Shown piece by piece: positions 56,044 to 64,000 of a stretch of DNA of 64,000 bases. Position 1 is the first letter of the stretch, and every line of letters begins with the position of its first letter. The stretch covers positions 1 to 64,000 of the IMG/VR virus record IMGVR_UViG_2934543808_000001; one strand, 5' to 3'. This DNA comes from a virus (lineage: Duplodnaviria; Caudoviricetes). The position numbers and the translations under genes were made by a program. Under the pieces are notes generated by a model that worked only from the letters and a program-made list of their open reading frames with translations, did not search any database and was not told the origin of the DNA.

Positions 56044-57008
56044 CGACGGACCTCTCACCGACCGGTGCGCGCATCCTCCACGCCAACGAGAACGGCATGG
56101 TCGGCGGACACGCGGCGGCGCTCGCCAGGCTCGAAGCCGACGGGCTGGTCGTCCCGCAGCGCGACGAAGGCGGCACCCACTGGATGACCGAGGAGGGGTG
56201 GGCGGCCCTGAACGCCTGGCGCGAGGCGAACCCCGAGCGCGCAGCGGCGCCGGACCTGCCGACGATCCCGCCGAAGCTCCCGGGCAAGCAGCACGACGCG
56301 ATCGTGACCGCCGCCGGACGCCCGGACCAGCGCGTGCCGGGACGCGACGACAACGACGTCTTCGCGGCCGGTGAGGCGTGGTTCCGCGGCCCCACGCTGC
56401 GCGCCGTCCAGGCCGCCGGGTACGCCACCACGTTCGGCCGGTACAGCTCCCTCTACCTCACCCCGGACGGCCGGGCCTACGCCCGGCAGCGCGGCGGCGT
56501 GGACGTGCGCCGCCGACGGCTCGTCATCTGCGCGTGCGGGAACGAGAAGAAGCCGCACCCGGGCTTCAACGAGTACGGCAACGTGAACGCCGGCTACCCG
56601 GCCGGGGAGCTTTACACCGGCCAGTACCACCGGTCCCTGCGGCTCGCGGCCGACGCCCTGACCGACGCCTCCCTGACCCACATCATGTCCGCGCGGCACG
56701 GCCTGGTGGACCTCAAGCGCCCGCTCCTCCCGTACGACGTCACGATCGGCGACGAGGGGGCCGTCACGCCCGCGCGGCTCGCCGAGCACGCCGTGAGCCT
56801 CGGCGTCCACGACGCTGACGTGATCTTCCTCGGTGGCCGGGAGTACGCCGAGCTGCTGCGCCCGGCCATCCCCCACCTGTACGCCCCGCTCGCCGGCGGG
56901 ATGGGCGAGCACCGCGGCTTGTGCAAGCAGGCCCGCGAGGACTCCGCGCTGCGCGAGGCGTGGTGGGCGACGGCCGCCGAGCTGCACGAGACGCAACCCG
57001 CGAAGTGA
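56040..57008 (+). CDS. Tandem wHTH plus DUF6884-like protein
   Basis: LVICACG..K...PAGELYTG.Y...IMSARHGLV...PYDVT; two N-terminal wHTH-like segments ending MTEEG and LTPDG. Confidence 0.75.
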   Translation: MTTDLSPTGARILHANENGMVGGHAAALARLEADGLVVPQRDEGGTHWMTEEGWAALNAWREANPERAAAPDLPTIPPKLPGKQHDAIVTAAGRPDQRVPGRDDNDVFAAGEAWFRGPTLRAVQAAGYATTFGRYSSLYLTPDGRAYARQRGGVDVRRRRLVICACGNEKKPHPGFNEYGNVNAGYPAGELYTGQYHRSLRLAADALTDASLTHIMSARHGLVDLKRPLLPYDVTIGDEGAVTPARLAEHAVSLGVHDADVIFLGGREYAELLRPAIPHLYAPLAGGMGEHRGLCKQAREDSALREAWWATAAELHETQPAK

Positions 57009-57100
57009 CGGTTGCCTGTCCCCGCCCGCGCCACCTCGGCCGGGCGGGGGCGGGGAGCCGATCAGTTCCCGGCCCCACCCCCTACGACATCGTGGAGACG

Positions 57101-57859
57101 ATGATGACCACACCCGAGTTCGCCCACTCCACCCCGACGGCCGCGGGGCCGGACGTGGATCTCGACTGCGAGTTCCTGCCCGGCGACCTGACTCCCGCCG
57201 GGCTGGTGTCCATCGGGCTCACCGCCGGCCCCGGGCGCAGCCTGTACGCGGTCAACGCCGACATGGACGTCGCCGAGGTGCTGCGCCACCCGTTCCTGCG
57301 CGAGCACGTGTGGCCGCACCTGCCGCTCACCCCCGACGGGTTCCTCATCCGTAGCCACCCCGACGTCCTCAGCTACCAGGAGATCCGGCAGCGGGTCGGA
57401 GCGTTCTTCGCCGAGCTCGGCGACGACGTCACCCTGTGGGTGTACTGCGGCGCCCAGGACGTGATCCGGCTGCACACGCTCTGGGGCAACGACTGGTCGG
57501 TGATGCCGGACACCGTCCCGCAGTGGGCGGACGACTTGGCCCGCCTGCGCCGGAAGGCCGGCGGCGCGAAGCTGCCGCAGCACCCGGGCCGTCAACACCA
57601 CGCCCTGGAGGACGCCGAGCACCAGCGCCGGGCCCGCGCCTACCTGCGGTCGCTGGCCAGGCAGGCGGCCGACATCCAGCGCTCCGCCGGGGCGGCCCCG
57701 GCGTGGGACGACGAGTGCACGTGCGTCATCAACTGCGCGGAGGACCCGAGGACGGCGTGCTCCCTGTCCGGGCGGCGCCACGTGCACCCGGAGATCCCCG
57801 GCATGCCCGGCGTGTACGGGCCGTGCCCGGAGCACCCGGACGCCCCCGGCGACCACTGA
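57101..57859 (+). CDS. DEDDh 3'-5' exonuclease (Rv2179c/RNase AS-like)
   Basis: DLDCEF, LVSIGL, LYAVN, YCGAQD and HHALEDA. Confidence 0.82.
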   Translation: MMTTPEFAHSTPTAAGPDVDLDCEFLPGDLTPAGLVSIGLTAGPGRSLYAVNADMDVAEVLRHPFLREHVWPHLPLTPDGFLIRSHPDVLSYQEIRQRVGAFFAELGDDVTLWVYCGAQDVIRLHTLWGNDWSVMPDTVPQWADDLARLRRKAGGAKLPQHPGRQHHALEDAEHQRRARAYLRSLARQAADIQRSAGAAPAWDDECTCVINCAEDPRTACSLSGRRHVHPEIPGMPGVYGPCPEHPDAPGDH

Positions 57860-57926
57860 GGAGCGGTGTCCGGCGTCCTGCGGCGCTCGGGCATGCTGGT
57901 CGCAACCGACCGAAGGGACACCCGCG

Positions 57927-58403
57927 GTGAAGGCCGAGGACATCCGCCTGAGCTACACCGACCCCATCACCGGGGTGAGGGCGCCGCGTGACGCGGGCCG
58001 GCAGTACGTCGAAGTCGACGGTGTGCTCCTCGTCGTGACGCACGTCTACCGCAGCCGCGGGCTCCCGGACTGGTCCGCCGAGGCGTACACCGATCACCTG
58101 GAGAGCAGGGCCCACCTGGAGTGGGCGAAGGGCGGCAACGCCTTCGGCTTCGCCCACATCCGCCGCCGGGATCTGCTGGCACAGATCGCCGCGTACACCG
58201 AGATCAAGGACTGGGCGGAGAAGCGGGCCGCGTGGCTGGCCGTGCCGCGCGACCGGTGGAGGCCCACACGCCGGTACACCATCGAGCGGCGGGGCGTGGG
58301 GGACTGGTGGGCGGCCCCCAGGTTCCCGGACCGAGACCGGGAACGCGGCCCGTACCTGAGCGAGGAGACGGCTCGCGCCGACCTCGGTGACGCCGCACAG
58401 TAG
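57927..58403 (+). CDS. Hypothetical protein
   Basis: CCGAAGGGACA RBS similar to those of the leader-bearing genes. Confidence 0.65.
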   Translation: MKAEDIRLSYTDPITGVRAPRDAGRQYVEVDGVLLVVTHVYRSRGLPDWSAEAYTDHLESRAHLEWAKGGNAFGFAHIRRRDLLAQIAAYTEIKDWAEKRAAWLAVPRDRWRPTRRYTIERRGVGDWWAAPRFPDRDRERGPYLSEETARADLGDAAQ

Positions 58404-58414
58404 GACAGCAGCAG

Positions 58415-58449
58415 CGAAGGGCCCCGGTTCATGGAACCGGGGCCCTTCG
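58415..58449. terminator. Bidirectional terminator
   Basis: Perfect 16-bp stem CGAAGGGCCCCGGTTC between convergent genes. Confidence 0.8.
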
Positions 58450-58503
58450 GCGTACGGGCACGCCCCGCCTCACCCCCGTGGGGGCCGGGCGCGCCCGGGT
58501 TCA

Positions 58504-60075
58504 TCAGGCCGTGAGCGCAGGCGCCTTGGGAGCGGCGGGCAGGACGGGCGCGAGGAGCTTCGCCACGGAGATCAGCTTCCGGTCCGACAGGTACGGGCCG
58601 ATGATCTGGACCGAGAGCGGCAGGCCCTCGGCGGTCTGGCCCGCGGGCAGGACGATGGACGGCAGGCCGGCCGGGACGGCGAGGTTGATCCATGCCGTCT
58701 GGTCGTAGTAGGAGCGCTTCTCGCCGTCCACGGTGATGTACCGCTGATTGGTCGGCACCGAGGTCTGGTCGAGGACCGCCGCAGTGGGCGCGGCCGGGGT
58801 GACCAGGATGTCGTGGGTGCTGAAGTACTCGGCCCACTTCGCCCGGAGCTTCTGCCGGTCCTCGTCGGCGCGCGACCAGTCCCGGTGCCGCATGGTGCGG
58901 GACTTCAGGTAGAGGGCGCTGGGGTCGTCGTCGGCGACGGCGTCGGCGGCCGTGACTTCGCCGGCGAACGCCTCGTCGGTGGAGGACGCCGCGCTGGTGG
59001 CGTACATGAGGCGGGTGAACAGCTTGTCGCTGGTCGCGAAGTCGACGGGCCGGGCGGAGTCATCGACGGTCGCGCCGGCCTTGCGGAAGGCGGCGGCGAC
59101 CTGGGCGACGAGCTGGCGGGTGGCGGTGTCGACGCGGCAGTAGGCGTCATCGGCCCACAGGCCCACGCGGTACTGGCCGAGGCGGGTCTTGGTGGGGGCG
59201 GGCAGGCAGATGCTCCATGCCGGGTCGTCGGCCGGGGACGGCGCGGCGATGACGTCCAGGAGCAGGTCGAGGTCGGCGGCGTTCCGCGCGATCGGGCCGA
59301 GGGTGATCATGTCGGAGCTGGTGAGCCAACCGGGCGGGCGGGGGATGTGGCCGCGGGTCGGGACGATCGGGGAGGCACCGCGGGAGGTGCGCAGGGCGTA
59401 GACGCCGCAGTACGCGGCCGGGAGGCGCAGCGATCCGGCGAGGTCGGAGCCGACTTCGAGGGAGGACAGGCCCGCGGCGACGGCGGCGGACGGGCCGCCG
59501 GAGGAGCCGCCGGCGGTGCGGTCGTCGGCGAAGGGGTTCTTCGTCTTGCCGAAGATGGGGTTGCTGGTCTGGATGTCCTGGCACATCGTCGGCACGTTGG
59601 TCTTGCCGATGATGATGGCGCCGGCCGCGCGCAGGAGCGCGACGACGTCGGCGTCCGCGGTGGGGACGTGGTCGGTCAGGTCGGGGGACCCGCAGGTGGT
59701 ACGCATGCCCTTGGTCTCCAGGGCGTCCTTCACGGTCATGGGCAGGCCGTGCAGGGGGCCGAGGGGCTTGCCGGTGTCGGCGAGGTGCTTGTCGGCCTGG
59801 TCGGCGGCGGCCCGCGCGCCGTCGGCGTCGAGGGTCACGACCGCGTTCAGGCCGGGGTTCGCCGCGGCGTGGTGCTTCAGGAGCTGGTCGAGGAGGGCAC
59901 GGCTGGATATCTCGCCGTTGCGCAGGGCTGCGACCTGCCTGCGCGCCGAGGCGAGGTGCAGGGTGCCGGTGCCGCCGACGGTGGTGGTCTCGCTCTGGGC
60001 GGCGGTGGCCGCGCGCGGCAGGCCGAGGACGCTGGCAACGGCCGCTGAGGTGGCGAGGAGGCTACGGCGGGACAT
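58504..60075 (-). CDS. Amidase-signature enzyme with Tat signal peptide
   Basis: MSRRSLL; GPLHGLPMTVKD, GKTN, GGSSGG and GSDLAGSLRLPA. Confidence 0.92.
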   Translation of the reverse strand: MSRRSLLATSAAVASVLGLPRAATAAQSETTTVGGTGTLHLASARRQVAALRNGEISSRALLDQLLKHHAAANPGLNAVVTLDADGARAAADQADKHLADTGKPLGPLHGLPMTVKDALETKGMRTTCGSPDLTDHVPTADADVVALLRAAGAIIIGKTNVPTMCQDIQTSNPIFGKTKNPFADDRTAGGSSGGPSAAVAAGLSSLEVGSDLAGSLRLPAAYCGVYALRTSRGASPIVPTRGHIPRPPGWLTSSDMITLGPIARNAADLDLLLDVIAAPSPADDPAWSICLPAPTKTRLGQYRVGLWADDAYCRVDTATRQLVAQVAAAFRKAGATVDDSARPVDFATSDKLFTRLMYATSAASSTDEAFAGEVTAADAVADDDPSALYLKSRTMRHRDWSRADEDRQKLRAKWAEYFSTHDILVTPAAPTAAVLDQTSVPTNQRYITVDGEKRSYYDQTAWINLAVPAGLPSIVLPAGQTAEGLPLSVQIIGPYLSDRKLISVAKLLAPVLPAAPKAPALTA

Positions 60076-61322
60076 CACGTACGGGCTCCATCTGGGGTGC
60101 TGGGGGTGGAGGAATCGGATGGAGTGTCTGGCGGCGCGGGGGAAAAGTACGAAGCGACACGCAGGAGGTGCTTCTGCTCGGCCTTGATCGTGGTGAGCTT
60201 GGGCTTGAGCGGGGCGTCGGCGTACTCGGCCGGCTCGGCGACCGGCTTGCCCTGGGCGTGCAGGACGATCGCGTGGCGCAACTGGTCGGCGGTGACCGCT
60301 GCGGCGAGCCGTGATCCCTTGAGCGGGACGACGAGGAGCCGCCGTTCCCGGCTGCGGCGCGCTTCTGCCTCGGTGCGGACGGCCGGCGAGAGGTAGGGCC
60401 GCAGGGCGACTTGACCGTCGCGTATCTCGGTGCGCTGCCGGATCAGCGGGTAGTGGATGCTCTGCCTGTTGCGCAGGAACTCCCGCTGCGGCGCCTGCTG
60501 TTGGAGGACGATGCTGGGGTCCATGCGCACCATCGCGGCCCACAGCTTGTTCAGCCGGGCGTAGGCGTAGTGCTCCGCCGCGAAGGCGTACGCGGCGCCG
60601 ACCCGGGCCGCGATGATCGGGATGAAGTAGCCGATCTGCGTGAGCGTGGCACCGATGTCGCCGCAGGCCCACGCGAGATCGTTGAGGTGGTCGACGCTGA
60701 ACCCCGCCTCGGCGCCGATGACGGCCGCGAGGCGCTGTCCGCTGTAGACGAGCGTGATGACGGCGCCGACGGTGACCAGGCGCAGGCCGACCGCGATGGA
60801 CCGGGTGGCCGCGGTGCGCGAGTACTTCCAGCAGGACCAGGCGAGGTAGGTCTCCGCCGCGGTGTACGTCCCGAAGTACAGCAGGACGTACGCCTGGTAG
60901 AAGGGGTCGTGCGCGTAGTACATCGCGAAGTCGGTGGGCCGCTGCGAGGCCGGCGTGAGGAGCGCGAAGAGGACGGCCATGCCGATGATGACGGTGACGC
61001 CCGTGATCATCAGGTGGTTGGCGCGGCGGCGCGCTTCCTCCGGGGGCTTGGACCAGTAGGCGAGAACGCCGCCTTGGAGGGCCAGGACCAGGATCACGAA
61101 GCTCTGGGCGATGGGTACGACGATGTTCGTGACGCCGAGCGCCCCGTCGATCCGGACCCACACCCAGGTGATGGAGACGGCGTAGCTGAGGGCTGACGCG
61201 AGGAAGGACCAGGCGAGCGCGACCAGGGCGCGGTCGCGGCGGTCGCGTTTCAGGTCGCGGAGCAGGATGAGGAACCCTGCGCCGGCGATGATCAGGCACA
61301 GGGGGTGGAGGAGGTCTTTCAA
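60075..61322 (-). CDS. MAB_1171c-family membrane protein
   Basis: About 7 TM helices and C-terminal L..LW...EIRDG..L; TTG start overlapping the upstream stop. Confidence 0.82.
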   Translation of the reverse strand: MKDLLHPLCLIIAGAGFLILLRDLKRDRRDRALVALAWSFLASALSYAVSITWVWVRIDGALGVTNIVVPIAQSFVILVLALQGGVLAYWSKPPEEARRRANHLMITGVTVIIGMAVLFALLTPASQRPTDFAMYYAHDPFYQAYVLLYFGTYTAAETYLAWSCWKYSRTAATRSIAVGLRLVTVGAVITLVYSGQRLAAVIGAEAGFSVDHLNDLAWACGDIGATLTQIGYFIPIIAARVGAAYAFAAEHYAYARLNKLWAAMVRMDPSIVLQQQAPQREFLRNRQSIHYPLIRQRTEIRDGQVALRPYLSPAVRTEAEARRSRERRLLVVPLKGSRLAAAVTADQLRHAIVLHAQGKPVAEPAEYADAPLKPKLTTIKAEQKHLLRVASYFSPAPPDTPSDSSTPSTPDGART

Positions 61323-61882
61323 CGTGGCCTTCGCAGGAGCGTGCGGGATATCGGATCGTCTCGGTGGGCCGAGCGACTGGCGTGGACGTGCTCCTGGAGG
61401 AGGGAGCCCAGCGTCTCCGCCTCTGCCTCGTCGGGTTCGGCGTACCGGGTGCGCCCGAGGAGCATGCGGATCAGGCCCGGCGTCATGTCGGGCAGGAGTC
61501 CGCCGAGGGTGCCGACGCCGGCGAGCAGGCCCTCGTCCACGGTGTGGTGGCGCAGCAGGATGTGGCCCAGCTCGTGGCCGATGATGCCGTCGGAGTGGGG
61601 GACGCTGGTCGTGTCGTCGAAGAAGATGTGGTCTTCGGTGTCCATCGCGAGCCACAGGCCGCACATGGAAGTCGCGTCCAGACTTTCGGGGAGCGCCTTC
61701 GGGTCGGTCACCGGGACCAGCTTGATGGGGCGGCCGGTGTACTCCGTCACGAACGGCACCAGCGCGCGGATGTTCTCGACCGGCGGGAGCTGGAGTTCGG
61801 CGATGAAGTCTCGGAGGGGTGCGGTGTCGTCTGGGGTCTCAGGCTGTTCGGCTGTGGCCGCTGCGCGCCTGCGCTTCCACAT
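61319..61882 (-). CDS. ImmA/IrrE-like HExxH metallopeptidase
   Basis: CGLW...D.IF, HELGH, and R..Y...E.EAE. Confidence 0.82.
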   Translation of the reverse strand: MWKRRRAAATAEQPETPDDTAPLRDFIAELQLPPVENIRALVPFVTEYTGRPIKLVPVTDPKALPESLDATSMCGLWLAMDTEDHIFFDDTTSVPHSDGIIGHELGHILLRHHTVDEGLLAGVGTLGGLLPDMTPGLIRMLLGRTRYAEPDEAEAETLGSLLQEHVHASRSAHRDDPISRTLLRRPR

Positions 61883-61932
61883 GGCGGCTCCTTCAGCAGC
61901 CGAGGGGCTTTGTACGGTCGTCTGCACCAGTA

Positions 61933-62439
61933 TCAGGCCAGTGCATCTGGGGACTCCGGGAGTCCTTCCATGGCGCGTGCAGCGTCGACCATCTTGAGCA
62001 GGGCTTCCTTGCTGGCCGGAGAGAGCCCGGCGGCGCGCATGGCGAGATTCTTCACACCCTGGTCGTGCAGCTGCTGCACGAGCTGGAACTGGTTGACGAT
62101 CCGCTCCGTGACGTCGTCCTCCACGAAGTAGCTGGCCGGCACCTCGAAGAAGCGCGCGAGAAGCCGGGCGACGCGGATGGACGGGTTGTCGCCGGCCGGT
62201 CCGCGGAGTTTGCCGATGTACGCCGCGGTGAGCGTCCCGTCGCCGTAGCCGGAGATGGTTTCGGCGACGTGGGCATTGGAGAACTCACCGGTGAGACGGT
62301 TCGTCTTGGCCGGGTCGCCGTCTCTTGGGCGTAGCACGTCGAACAGGTAGTTCAGTCTCTCGGCGAAGCTGGAGCCGGGTCCGGGGGCGGGCACTGGCGG
62401 CCTTTCACCCTCGGGGTCCTGGGCTTTCCGATGGGGCAT
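61933..62439 (-). CDS. XRE HTH regulator (EspR-like)
   Basis: FAERLNYLF, YIGKLR, NPS, LARFFEVPASYF and RAAGLS. Confidence 0.85.
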   Translation of the reverse strand: MPHRKAQDPEGERPPVPAPGPGSSFAERLNYLFDVLRPRDGDPAKTNRLTGEFSNAHVAETISGYGDGTLTAAYIGKLRGPAGDNPSIRVARLLARFFEVPASYFVEDDVTERIVNQFQLVQQLHDQGVKNLAMRAAGLSPASKEALLKMVDAARAMEGLPESPDALA

Positions 62440-62469
62440 GGATGCGACTGCTCTCGATGGGGGGTCTGC

Positions 62470-62536
62470 TAAACAATAGTTGACTATGCCACAGGCACCC
62501 GCCTACGTTCGATGTCACTCAGCCAACTATTGTTTA
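62470..62536. promoter_or_regulatory. Paired inverted 16-bp operator-like sites
   Basis: TAAACAATAGTTGACT and AGCCAACTATTGTTTA (15/16 inverted match), 35 bp apart, between divergent genes. Confidence 0.72.
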
Positions 62537-62628
62537 CTGAGTGTGTACGGGGGCTTCGGCATTGACCTGCCGGTTTCCCCTCGTTGCATTGCTTTCGATC
62601 AGCGCCAGCCGACGGGACGGAACGCAGA

Positions 62629-63144
62629 GTGACCACCGCACCGGAGCCTTGGACTCCGAATAGCACCGCCTACGAGCGGGAGGCCGTCACGACCACCACG
62701 TCGGTGAAGGCCCCCGCTGACTGTTCCGCCCTCTTCCCCGAGAAGCCTGCCCTGCCCAACGGTCTTGCCATCTCCCGGCGCATCCGCTTCCCCGTACCCG
62801 CCACAGGCGCCGCCGCGCTCCAGGCCCGGCAGGTCGCTCGCCCCGCGCTCAAGCTCATCCTCGGCGCCGGCGACCAGGCCGAACGCCTCAGCCGCCGCAT
62901 CGAGACGTGCCTTGCCGAACTCGTCGCCCTGGCCTACACGGTGACCACCGGTGACGACCTCCTGTGCTCGGTGTGGACCGACCGCGATCACGTCTTCCTC
63001 GCCGTCGAGCACGAGCAGGCGCTGCCCAGCGTGCCCAGCGACACCACCATGGGACTGAGCGTCGTCAAGGCCATCGCGGACGACTACGGCACCCACCGCA
63101 CCGACAGCGGTCACCAGACCTGGGCCGCCATCGTCCGAGGCTGA
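62629..63144 (+). CDS. Degenerate HATPase_c-like protein
   Basis: CLAELVA, GLSVVKAIADDYG and TWA; the N-box Asn is absent. Confidence 0.65.
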   Translation: MTTAPEPWTPNSTAYEREAVTTTTSVKAPADCSALFPEKPALPNGLAISRRIRFPVPATGAAALQARQVARPALKLILGAGDQAERLSRRIETCLAELVALAYTVTTGDDLLCSVWTDRDHVFLAVEHEQALPSVPSDTTMGLSVVKAIADDYGTHRTDSGHQTWAAIVRG

Positions 63145-63176
63145 TGCGCAGGTGTTCCCACGGGGAACGCTCCCCT

Positions 63177-64000
63177 TCACGCCGCCCACGCCGGCCGAGG
63201 GACGGGGTGGTACGGGTCCGATACGTCCCATCCCTCCCATGCCGGGTCGATGATCTCCCCGGTCTCCACGTCGACCGCCCCGGCCGGTACGAGCCGCAGC
63301 ACCGCGTCGACTCGCTTGGCTCGCCGCTCGGTCCTCCACCTGCGGTAGTTCAGCCGCTCGCGCACGTGCCGGGCCCTGCGCCGGGCACCCGCACCGGCTG
63401 TTCCGCGGGCCTCTGCCGCCTCCTGCAACACCTCCTGGTCCGGCATCACCCCGGCAGGTCCCGCCAGGGCCGACACCAGGTAGAAGAGCCCTTCCACCTC
63501 CTCGGCCAGGCCGTCCTCCACGAGGGCACGCAGGCGCCGGTCGACGGTAGTGCGGTGCAGTCCGGTGGCCGCTTGAAGCTCCTTCTGGCTCTTGCCCTCT
63601 TCCTCCTCCAGCAGCGTCAGCAGGCGAGCACCGTTGGTGCCGTGCCCGTAACGGTGGAAGGCGTCGTGACCGGCAAGACGAACGAGGGCGCGGGTGTCGG
63701 TGTGCGCCGCTGACACACGGGGCCCTGCCCCCCCAGCACTACCTGCGGCTGGTGGGTGTGTCACTGCCGCACCATCTGCTTCACCCCGATCAGGGATGGA
63801 CAGCCGCCACTTCGAGCCCGTCTCGGACCCAGCACCGGACTTCTCCAGCACCAGCCAACCGGCCTTCTCCAACCTCCGGTTGCTCAGCACCGCCGTACGC
63901 AGCGCGCACCCCATCAGCTCGGCCTGCCGGCGTGCAGACAGCTCGTGGTCCAGGCCGCCGCCGCGCTCGCACAGCTCCAGGCGGACGCTGAGGTTCTTCA
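63177..64000 (-). CDS. Multi-wHTH protein, 5'-truncated by the window edge (possible replication or regulatory protein)
   Basis: Frame is open to the window end; LSARRQAELMG...LEKAGWL and SQKELQAATGLHRTTVDRRL. Confidence 0.7.
   Translation of the reverse strand, partial: KNLSVRLELCERGGGLDHELSARRQAELMGCALRTAVLSNRRLEKAGWLVLEKSGAGSETGSKWRLSIPDRGEADGAAVTHPPAAGSAGGAGPRVSAAHTDTRALVRLAGHDAFHRYGHGTNGARLLTLLEEEEGKSQKELQAATGLHRTTVDRRLRALVEDGLAEEVEGLFYLVSALAGPAGVMPDQEVLQEAAEARGTAGAGARRRARHVRERLNYRRWRTERRAKRVDAVLRLVPAGAVDVETGEIIDPAWEGWDVSDPYHPVPRPAWAA

Noticed and set aside
33295-58403. Integron cassette array
   Set aside because: The hairpins lack attC RYYYAAC/GTTRRRY ends, and the recombinase is distant and Cre-like rather than IntI-like.

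Overview
High-GC actinobacterial (Streptomyces-like) DNA with no housekeeping genes. It reads as part of a large conjugative plasmid or integrative element with phage-derived genes. Blocks: (i) 1-6.8 kb, a class I FxLD-type lanthipeptide cluster (unannotated 59-aa precursor, LanB, LanC, SpaB_C-PIMT fusion), with an HATPase/XRE-DUF5753/DUF397 locus upstream; (ii) 10.8-33 kb, a Cre-like tyrosine recombinase, RusA-like resolvase, TraB/FtsK translocase, a degenerate second recombinase, an orphan terminase large subunit, an HNH nuclease and several operator-like repeat clusters; (iii) 33-58.4 kb, two long arrays of small, mostly unknown genes transcribed divergently from about 45.3 kb, with a GC hairpin after most stop codons; (iv) 58.5-64 kb, a Tat amidase, a MAB_1171c/HExxH/XRE triad and a partial wHTH gene. 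The most notable signal is a conserved operon-leader element present 8 times: a covarying stem with invariant loop ACGAGCGA followed by AACGCTCCG. Six copies lie behind a shared CGGACnnGGTGTACA box. The first gene of the leftward array is a 109-aa protein with a lambda-N-like arginine-rich N-terminus. Together these suggest, by inference only, an N/nut-like antitermination or establishment regulon. All family assignments come from motif recognition by eye; no database searches were run.
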